The position numbers and the translations under genes are program-made. From assembly GCA_000708835.1 (NCBI GenBank), contig DF237405.1, forward strand, positions 1 through 64,000: 64,000 nucleotides of DNA, given 5' to 3'. The stretch is from Klebsormidium nitens (lineage: Eukaryota; Plantae; Klebsormidiophyceae). Shown here in pieces: positions 37,301 to 47,448 of this stretch (positions are counted from its first letter, which is position 1; each line of letters starts with the position of its first letter). The notes under the pieces are model-generated. The model was not told where the DNA came from. It searched no databases and worked only from the letters and a program-made list of their open reading frames with translations.

Positions 37301-39396
37301 GTGTGCCGCCCTGCCAGGCTGCCATCAAGCGGTTGAAGGAGGAGTGCGAGCACCAGCTGCAGCTGGAGCGCAGCCGCTACGAAGAGCTGGCGCGCCAGAA
37401 GAAGGGTGAGCACCAACGGGGCCTGGGATGGAGTCAAAAGGGTTTCTCCACAGCCGTGGCACTAGCTCGTCGACTGGGTTGTGTTCGTAGTAGAGAAGGG
37501 TGCTTGATGAAGGTGTTGAAGCATACTTTTCTGCCGAGAATCCAAGCTGTCGAGGGCAACAAGTACGCTGATCATCTCCCTCAAAAGTTCCAACGAAAAA
37601 GTCTTGAGGAACTTCCAGTTACACGAAGGTACAGCATGGTCCGCTTTCGATCAAGAGCCGGTGCTTTCGGGAACTCCTTTGCCCCTGCGTTCGGACGTCG
37701 AGCAGCACAAATCCACAGAGCCGGCCCATGCCCAACACTGCATCTCCTGAGCCCCCAGAGCCGCCAGAAGTGCAGAGACTTGAAAGGCGGCCACCGCTCG
37801 GTCCTGAGACACCAACTTAAGGCTTGATTGTTTTGCTCCAGGACTAGAAGAGCGCCTGTCGGCGACGGAGGCTGCCCGCGCCCGCCTGGAGCGCGAGTTT
37901 GCGGAGCATCGCGCGGCGCAGCGGGGCACTCCGGAGGCGGAGCTGGCGGCGCAGGTGGTGGCGCTGCAGCAGAAGAACCTGGACCTGCAGCGCAGCGCCG
38001 AGAAGGCGACCGCCGCCAAGAAGCAGTACAAGGCGCAGGTGCTGCGCATGGCGCGCGAGCTGGCGGCCATGCACCGGCAGCAAGCCGCGGGTGAGACGGC
38101 GCACCGGCGACCACGGCGGCTCAGCGTCACGAGTATGCAATAGGCAGCGGGAGTATGTGAGAAAGCGGGAGGACAGCGGCTGCGGATTGGTTGAATCATT
38201 TGCCAAGCAATCGTCAAAACGTCGTCACTTTAGATCCGACTTCTGTGTCGACGATTATGTTTGCACCTGAACGTCATCTCGTGCGTGCTTTGGCTGGCCA
38301 ACCACGGGGTGCTTTCCGACGCTCATTCTTCGCTGGACCCACCTCTTGCGGATTGGCCTAGGATAAGTGACGTGTCTCGCGCTCTTCCTCGTGGCTCCTG
38401 GTGACTGACCAGCGTCGCTTACCTGCAGACGAGGCCGCTCGGCTGGCCAAGGAGCGGAGACGGTTGGAAGCACGGGCGCTGGCAAGCACCGCCAAAGAGG
38501 AGGCCGACAGAGCGAGGTAGGCAGTCTCTGCCCTCGCCGCCCATGCACAGCGAGTCCACACATAGGAGTCGACGTTTCAATTAGCAAAGGCGGCGGCGCT
38601 ATTGAAGTCTTGCAGCTCTCTGGCAGTGCGTCACGGCTTCACTGCCGATGGAATTCGACCTCTACTCGACTTCTCGTTTCTTGATTACGGGTCGTTGTTA
38701 TGCTGTGTACAAGTACGGCCGATGACTTGCCCGGACAGGATGTGCTGTGTTGGACCCCACGTTCCCCCTCCGTGCAGGGACGAGCGATTGGAGCTGGTAG
38801 CGATCAAGGAGCAGCTGGCGCGCCTCCAGGACCAGGAGCAGGCGTCGGCCGCAGCCACGGCGGCCGCGCTGCGGGCCCTGGCTCTCGACCGAGTGGTCAG
38901 CGGCGACGAGGCGGAGCGCGCAGCAGGGAGCCAGCGCCGCAAGAAGCAACCGGCTGCGGCAGGGGCCCCAGGCACCGCGAGGAGGAGAAAGCAGCCCCCT
39001 CGAACCCGAAAGGAAGGGCAAGTGGACGCTTTGGAAGCCGCTGAAGCGAAGCTGCGGAGAGGCTCGGTGAGGCGGGAGGAGCAAGCGAACGAAATGAGCG
39101 GGAGCGACAGTGGGATGCGGGAAAAGGGGATCGACTGGCCAGCGCTTCAACCCGTGGATGATCCCCCAGACGAGGCACGTTGCAAAGACGAAGTAGATGC
39201 CCCAGCTTTTGTCGGCACCATGTCTCAGGAAGAACTTCGAGTAAAGTCGCTTAGAATACCGGACCAAGACGTTATCCGGTTGCTTCGGGAGCGGGCAGCA
39301 CTTCTACGAACTGGAGTTTATCAAAGGGGCGACAAAGTGATAATCGCGCTTGAAAAGGAAATTGAGAAACGAAGTGGTGAGAAGCATGAAGTCTGA
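34316..39396 (+). CDS. CEP120: CEP120-like centriolar protein (one C2 domain plus coiled coil), multi-exon; start at 34316 or 34337
   Basis: C2 segment YLFRISVDVRNFRAL...APLRTHPPQEVARQTEVAL...VYHRDRYTADRLLGRGTVPL, the signature EYEAAWALEMWKRSEESKFMAELKEREAARMAALEEEWKKREKER, a long coiled coil, and C-terminal LLRTGVYQRGDKVIIALEKEI. Confidence 0.85.
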
Positions 39397-39953
39397 GCGA
39401 ATTCTTTCCCTGAGTTTCTCCCTACATTACTGGTCTACACTGGAGCTCTCGTGCTTTCTTTAAGTTGCGCAATCCTGCATATCGTCATTTGTCCGCGCAT
39501 TTGTGTCAGTCGCTTGGGACCAAATCGTTGTGAGCAGGCATATTTGATAACTAGGATCTGGTGCACTTTTCTATGTATGTAAAGGAGATTCGATTCTTAA
39601 GCTTTGTATCCCTTGCAAGATAGAGGCCCGGCCATGTGCTGCACCAAGCACTTGCAGGTATGCAGTCATATCCAGAAACCAGACATACCCCTTCCGTATC
39701 GCATGAAGGCATATGGAGCACGGCTCAGTAGTATTGCATCATTCATGATGTAGCTATTTAGCGGGCTTTGGCGGCCCACATCATTGAAAGCTAAAAGTGG
39801 ATTAGCATGCTGATAGTTTAAGATATCGAGGATAAGGTATACAATTGCATAGCATTATGCAGCTCTAATCAAAAAAGTAAGGCAAAATGAGCGCACCTCT
39901 TCATATATATCTAATCAAATCGATCGCAATGCACTTGAGGGATTCAGAATGGC

Positions 39954-41662
39954 CTAACGTGCGGCAGCGAGCTCAGTCCGACTGGACTTTTGTATGAAGA
40001 CGGTCTTCATACAGGCTCCGGCGACAGATGCGAAACTAGTACGGGTATTGTCTTCCAACACACTCACATACGTAACTCCTAGCAACTTCTGCAATGCTTC
40101 CCTTCTTTCTTCCGACTTGCTGTTACTTGCACACACTGCTACAATACCATCTTCTGCAGCAACTTCGCAAACAATATTTTTCAGCCTACTTGCCTGCATG
40201 ACTCTTCTTTTTTTTCTTGGACTTGGACTTGTGGTGATCAGATCTATGCTCGTTGCCTTCTGCAGAATGAAAGGAAGGAATTGCATGAAGTCTATGCACA
40301 GACAATTGAAAAATAATCTTTCTCATGCACAAAGAGCACACTGCCGATTATCAGCACATGGGAGAATTTAAAGCAATAGGATGCTTATACTTCTGAGGTA
40401 TGCTCTGGTAGTATGCACGCACAGAGATGTCCCACATTCAGAACTGCCACCATCGTTGAGGTTCCAATTGCCTGTTGACATCCATAGATGTTGCTGACAC
40501 GAGAACTATATAAGTTGATGCGGTTGCTTATAAGTTGATGCACTCTTGCAACCTTACCTTGACCATTGCTCCCCTTCGTTTCTTTTGGTGAGATTGCAAC
40601 TGACGGCACTGGTTCAGATGATGAAGACGGTGCAGACTCCGTTGTAGCCGCCAGCACGGGGCGTGCTCTGGTATCCAGGGCGCGGGACTGTTCTTGCTTC
40701 CCAGATGCAGGAAGCTGTACATGTACAGCTTGATCCTCTCCACTGCTTGTTCTCGCTGCAGCTGCATGAGAATTTTCCGCTTCATGCCCTGCCACTGCAG
40801 AAGGCTCCTTTGGCGTCTCCAGTGCCTTGGGTGCATCGAGGGACTGTTTCTTCGAGGGCTGCGCGACCACTTTGCCAGGTGCTTCTGTCCCCTTAGCAAC
40901 AGCAGAACCATCAACTGGCTTCTCCGCAGGCTTCTTGGCTGGTGCAACTTCCAACTTCTTTGCAATGTGATCTGCTGACTTCTTCGGAGAGCTTACAGGA
41001 AGCTTCTTGGGAGACACTACTGCGGGTTTTTTTGGGGGATCTGCGCTCACAGATATTGTGAGAGGTTGGCTCTTAGGCTTGCCCAAGGCTGGGTTTGCCG
41101 CCTTTGTTGCTGATGGTTTGGAGCTAGGAACATCTACATCTTGTGCCGTCAAGTTCCCTGACTGTTTAGCCTGCATGCTCTCCTCACCATTGCCCTGGGT
41201 TGAAAGGTTGGCTTGGGTTGGTGAAAACAGCGACCTTTTCTGATGATCAATGTCACTTTGAAAACCCGTTCCTGAGCATCTTCCCTGGTCTGGAAGAGCA
41301 TCCTGATCGGATGACTCATGCTTCTCTTCACTTTTCTTAGCCACTTCCGCACTCCGATCTTCCTCTACATGCTTGCATGCAGGATCAGATGCCTTGTCTG
41401 AAGGCAATTGAGCTCCTGATGCTGGTGTCACAACGTGCTTCTCAGTGGTGGTGCAATCAACCGGTTCCCCCTTCCCAATGCTAACCTCACTGCTTTGCCC
41501 TGGATCCACCTTCCACTGGTTATACCTTACATACAGGACATAGAGCAGGACTGGTGGGACGTAGACAGGCGAGAAGATCAATAAAGCTGGCCAAAAGATG
41601 CAGATCAGGACTCCAGCCAAAAGCCAGTGTTCTTGCATAAGTTTGACAACCTCCATCTGCAC
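39954..41662 (-). CDS. Protein with an N-terminal Pro-containing hydrophobic segment, a long low-complexity linker and a small C-terminal domain (SLDP-like lipid-droplet protein candidate); splicing uncertain
   Basis: 425-codon ORF 41662-40385 starts with HWLLAGVLICIFWPALLIFSPVYVPPVLLYVLY. A downstream in-frame exon (acceptor at 40260) encodes RLKNIVCEVAAEDG...ERREALQKLLGVTYVSVLEDN. Confidence 0.6.
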
Positions 41663-42264
41663 ATGGCGAATCGTGAAACGTAAGCATTGGGCCTCCGTTT
41701 CTAAAGATCTTGGTGGTGTCTCAAAAGGTCTGATGCACTAAAGTCCTTTTTACATTGCCAATTTGCGAGCCAGTCTTGATTGCATCTCTCAAGAATGGAT
41801 CGCGCAAGCAAGCCTCGGCAATTCACTGTTGCAAGAATGAAACATCAGAGGACCCTCACATGAAAAAGGTGGTGGGACAGGGAGGGTACATGAAAATGTC
41901 GTACAGATTGCATGCAAAGCTGCCTTCGCATGTTTAAAGGAAAGACGCCTTGGACCTCGAACAGCACGAAGGCTCACCTTTGGGCAACACACAATGGCCG
42001 CTCCTTCCAACAAGCTCTTCTGCATAGGATTTACCTAGGGAGATATTCTGGCGTTTGCACCCTCTTGTCATTGACAAAATTCGCGTCATGAAATGCAGCT
42101 CTGTGCGACATGGTGACTCAGCATGTTGGCTGGTTGCCCGGACTGGCGCCAAACTCAAATGCATCTCCTGCATTGTCCGATCGGACGACTGGGAATCATT
42201 ATCAAAGAAACACGTCAGCACATCGAAGGGCCTCGGCAGAATTTTGCAAAGGGATAAACTTTAA

Positions 42265-42418
42265 TAGTAATAAGGAACTTAAGGTACACGAGTACGGGTG
42301 GGGTTAGTTTGGTGGTTAGGGTGGGTTCGGGTGCGGAGCAGGTCATTTTGTCCTTAGGGTTTTAGTGTTGGTTAAGCCGAGACATTGAGTACTTTCAGTA
42401 CCTAAGATCCTTGTACTA
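42265..42418. mobile_element. MITE-like element with imperfect TIRs and the same telomere-like core as 1448-1647, in the opposite orientation
   Basis: Left TAGTAATAAGGAACTTAAGGTAC versus reverse-complemented right TAGTACAAGGATCTTAGGTAC. The reverse-complemented core, CAACACTAAAACCCTAA..AAAATGACCTGCTCCGCACCCGAACCCACCCTAACCACCAAACTAACCCCACCCGT, aligns with 1492-1572. Confidence 0.65.
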
Positions 42419-42571
42419 CCTACTAAAGTTTATGGTTATGAATTTTGCCCTGCGCATTGATCGCCGCTGCTGCGCAGTGCATTGCCAGGGAAGAGCTTTT
42501 AGGGTTTGCTTCAATACGGTAGATCCACTTTGGTGCGGCACCAAAGCAAAGGTCCAAGGAGGGAAGGGGCC

Positions 42572-45500
42572 ATGGATGCTATGGGGGGCGAGGAGCGGCA
42601 GGTGCAAGTACGTTTTGTCACAAAACTTCCCGAAGAGTATAGGGTTACCAACGCATCCTTTGCTGTTCCTGCAAGATTGACCCGTTATGGACTCTCGGAG
42701 GTCATCAATAGCCTGCTAAGCACAGGTAAGCCGTCATGAAGTCCGCTTTCAATAAGGCAGAAAATCCTGCTGCAGAAACGTTGCCTGCGATGGTGTGAGG
42801 TTGAGGTCTGCCAGCATGTTGTTCCTGGTGGCCACCACAAGCCCCCGAGCAACACCACTAATATAGTACTTGCTTGCTACTGTTTCTCAAAACAACTTCG
42901 GCCAACTCCCTGTACAGAAAAGCTGAGGCCGTTTGACTTCCTCGTTGGCGGGGAGCTGCTCAGGACCTCTCTGGAGAGCTTGCTTGTCTCCAAGAAACTT
43001 TCAGCGGTGAGTTATTGTCTTTGGTTACCGAGATGCCTAAGCCTTGACATGATGGAGAACCCGCTGCAAAACGCACATTGCTGACCACATTGCCATTCTC
43101 TGAAGAGCGATCTAAGAATGCAACACTGATCTGGCTGCAGGAAACCACTCTAACGATCGAGTACATTCCTGCGGTTGGACTGCCCAAGCCAGTCTCAAGC
43201 CATGTCCACGACGATTGGGTCAGCGCAATCAATGGAACTTCCCCTGAGTGAGTGGGCCCTGTGGTGCACCACCGCAGCATCGGGCGCTCTTGGCATAATG
43301 TTCACCTTAAGGTCCCTTTTGAAAGATGGTAATGGTGGGGTGCAATGTTCAATTACGCTTCTTGCGGTGATTGGGTTTCTCGGTCTGTGAAGGCAGCTGA
43401 GTGGTGGTGTGCATAAAGGGGTGGTAGCGGCTTCAATCTATGGTAGATCAGAAAAGTCCTTGGTGCGCTTTGGCCTCTGAACAACTGTGTCTGACCTTGT
43501 GACTTTGGTCTGCGCAGTGTGCTCGTAAGTGGCTGTTACGATGGTGTTGCAAGGTAAGGCACTTACAAGTCTCAGATGCCAACACATATAGAGAGAGTTG
43601 TTATGCCCTATCGTTAATTGGATGTCTTTATATTTGTCCCAGTTTGATCATGGTGCTTATGTACTTTGTTTTTCTTTTCATTGGACCATGAGACTAAATC
43701 ATCTACGCATCCTGCCAGGTTATGGAGTTCGTCAGGGGAGGCTCTTACCTCATTACAGGGGCATTCCGATGCAATCACCTCCACCGCGGTCATACCACGG
43801 GCATCGGGCTCATGTGATGTCATAACAGCATCAAAGGACAGGACACTTCGAGTGTGGCAGGTGCGTAGTACGGTATTGTGATTCTCACTCACCACTTTCC
43901 GATATTCATCATCTGGGTGAGCAGAATTTCAGTGCCTTGTCAAGAAAGTAAACGGAGGGGCAGGACAATGATGTGCACCGATCGCACAAAAAATGGCCTC
44001 AGGTTGTTGCAGTACTCCATGGCTGCAAAAGCTACACAGAACTTGAGGCCGGAAAATGTGTCACGGTTGTTTCTTCAAAGCTCACTCTCTAAGAGACAGT
44101 TTATGCTGTGCCAATGCTTGCTGCTACCACAGATCTGTCTGTCAAGCTTGCCAATTGAAGAGGATGCTGAGGGTGACCTCAACAAATTGAACAGCCAGTC
44201 CACGGTGGTCGACTCATCTACTTGTCACGTGTCCTTTATAGGTAAAAGGAACTGATTCACAACCCTCGGGTGACCTTCATCAAGTGCTACGAGGTCATAG
44301 TGCAGCAATCCAGTCTGTGGTCGCCAGTCCGTCAGGGAATGAGGTAAGTCCACTTCAAAGCAACCGGTTGTTCTATTCTTTAGCAATTGTCAACCGTAAG
44401 CATGGCTTCCTCGTTGCTGCCATGCTTTGAAAGCGTTCCCGACGTTGAGCCCCATATCCAGCCCCCTGTTCGTCAGGGTACCCAAAACTCTTCTAGAGGT
44501 CCGTTCATCAGGTTACCAAAGTTCTTTGTCATCTGGAACGCAATGGCACTGTCAATGTTTCTCAATGATAGTTTGGCCTTGTGGCTTCGACCCTTAGGGT
44601 AGCATCCAGTCAGGGCATACTGAATTGACCCCTTACTGGTGGTTCTGGCTGGATGTCGAGCCCTTGCGAATTCATGCGTGACAGTCTTGGCCTCATCTAA
44701 TATGGTGAACCCACTTCTTGCAGGTGGCTTCGGGGTCCTGGGACACGACCATCAAGGTGTGGTCTGTTAGTAGAGACGCTGAAGATGGGGGCAGTGCGCC
44801 CAAGAGACAAAGAGTCGAGGACAGTGGGGCAGCCCCTGCCGGGGAGCAGGAGGCCAGAGAGGCGCGGGTCACGCTGGAGGGTCACTCGCAGTGCGTTTCA
44901 GCGGTGGACTGGTCTCGAGCTGACACAATCCACTCCGCGTCGTGGGACCATTCCGTTAGAACCTGGGACGTGCAAGCGGCAGTCAACACAAGCACCATTG
45001 TGAGCCCTCTGACCAGGCCTGGATGCGGTGTTGCTGGTGGTTGCAGCTTGCGTTCTAGAGATCGAGTGGGCCGAAAAATCACACCTTGCTGGAGCCTTGC
45101 TGGAGCTAACCGGCCCATCAGAAGAATCCTCACTTCAGGAAAAATATCTTGGTTCGTTCCCATCTATAATTGATGGGATCATTGCCAGGACTTTAGTCAG
45201 CAGATAGAGAAGTGATACAGGCATCTAAGAACTGGTGAAGCTACCATGCTGATTCGTTTTCTGTGTTGGATTGTAGGGAGCTGTCGGAGCTAACACGCTT
45301 GATTCACTTTGCAGACTGGTAGCAAAGTCATCCTGGCCCTAAGCGTGGGAGGTGAAGGCGGGGCTTTGCTGGCAACAGGGGGAGCAGACCCAGCCATTCG
45401 AATCTGGGATTCACGAGATTCAAGTGAGCACTGGACTCGCTTTCTTTGCACATTGGTATCGAACATCAGCAGCGGTTCTCACAGCAAACCGACTGTCCTG

Positions 45501-46208
45501 ACATGTACTACTCCTGTCCACCTGAGCCTTGACATTCCGTGCATTCATCCCTGGCAGGTTCTACTGGTTCTGCGATCCAGTTGCTATCGCACAAAGGCTG
45601 GATAACGGCGGTGAAATGGTGAGCTAGCCTTCTTTCGATGCTTGTCACCGCTCGTGTCTACACAGTCTGCTTATCCTCGGGTATCTGCTGTCTCTTTTTG
45701 AACAGCACGTAAGACTGGGAAGGATGCTCTTGTACAATTTCTGTGCTGATTGCAGACTCATTATTGAATGTTCATGACTTTCAGGACGTCTTGGCTTCTC
45801 ACTTTCTGAATTGTTTGGAAGCATTGGAAGCACGTGGCAGAGTTCCAATTCCCATGCTGCACGCAGGCACAAGACCAGAACACACCAGTTGCTCTCCACT
45901 TCGCATGATGGCACCGTCAAGATGTGGGACGTTCGGAGTAAAGTACCTCTGCATACTGTACAGGCGCACACTGTTAAGGTGAGGGTTTCTTATCATGGTC
46001 TACGTTTTCTCCCACACTGATTGAAGTCGAAGATGAAGTTTCACGCTTTGGTCGACAGTGTCCTAAGACTCTGACAACGTCTCTGCATCGAAGTAAACCT
46101 TCTCTGCCTCTATTGCAGGCTCTGTGTGTGGACTGGTTTCAAGAGGCGACAATCGTCAGTGGTGGGGCTGACAATCAGCTCCGTTTTCACGCTCTGGACA
46201 ACCCATAA
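42572..46208 (+). CDS. WDR12: Ribosome biogenesis protein WDR12/YTM1 (NLE domain plus WD40), multi-exon
   Basis: QVQVRFVTKLPEEYRV...VPARLTRYGLSEVINSLL, RPFDFLVGGELLRTSL, ETTLTIEYIP, HDDWVSAI, SGSWDTTIKVW, TLEGHSQCVSAVDW, SASWDHSVRTWD, STSHDGTVKMWDVRS and SGGADNQLR. Confidence 0.94.
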
Positions 46209-47448
46209 TTCTGATTTTGTTCAATGTGAAGGAACCCAAATCTGTATAGACGGTAAGAGGTCGCGAGCATTCTTTTGCGGCGTCAACAAGACGGCCAAAC
46301 AACTTTTCTGAAAGGTCGGATGCTTGGATGCGAGCTCGAGAATCATGGTCATTTCACCTAGGGCCTGATTTGATTTGGTCGAGCACATGGCATCCGGACT
46401 TTCTTGGTGTAAAGTGAGCCGGCTGGCTTGCTAGCGTCCAATGGATTGAAAATTTATCTCGGCCAAAATAGAAGTGATCTGGTCTTTGAAAGCTGCACAC
46501 AAACAGTTCTCATAATAGACTATGGTCCCTGCATAAAGGTGGATGGCAAGGGCTGTCCGGAGCCAAATACGAAAACACACTTACAACTTCCCTGCATGTG
46601 TGAGTAAACCGGATTTCGGTGTTTCATGCTTATAAATCTGACCAGGGGCTTAACTACCATGGCTGGTACCAAAGCTTGTGGTCGAATGACTACTTTGCTC
46701 AGTGGCAAACGCTTTACTCCTTTTACCAACCGGCCTCGCATGAGGCACATCTGCCGGGCATCTGCCGAACGACGGCCTTGCAAAATGATGGATTTGAGAG
46801 TAATGAAAGCCGTACACATGCATGTACGCGTGAGTGTGTTAATTATGGAACTTGCGGATATGCTTTTAGACATGTTGAAGTTCTCTTTTACACGCCGTAG
46901 CCACCTGCGCCATAGGCTTCTCATGGCATGTACGTAAATGAATGTCAGTGTGTGTGTGTATCGACCTGAGGGATATGGGGAGTTGTTCACGGAGACAGCT
47001 TGCAGGTTGGTTTGTGCGTTTCGATCACTAGCAGAGTGGGTACATCCTCTTCGTCACCATGGGCATTATGTATAGGTACGGTGGAATCATTGCATATCGT
47101 ACTTCGTCTACCTAATGAGTTGTTGATTTAGAAATCCGATCTATCTTCTCATGCATGACATGGCATGAGGGCAAGCGTCGTGCCCGGCACTGTACGCGCG
47201 CTCAACGCGAGCGAATACCTGTGGCGGCCGCGCAGGCACCGGAACGATCGACGCCTGGCCGGGCCCGGTTGCTCGCCAAATCGTCCCAGTTTCACCCCGT
47301 TGAAGCTGAACCATCGGGTTTTACAGGGCCTCGAGCATCCTGGGAAGTTGGGAAGGAGACGAGGACGCATTTGTCCTCTTTCGCGTGCGGCTGATCAAGC
47401 AGCAGGGCGGCCCTGTAGCGTCTTGACCCCTCTAGGAGGGCTGCCAAG

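Noticed and set aside
46619-46900. Aromatic-rich 93-aa ORF (GWYQSLWSNDYFAQWQTLYSFYQP) between WDR12 and RPS4
   Set aside because: It has a GTG start, is closed upstream by a stop, and shows no splice context or family similarity I can support.
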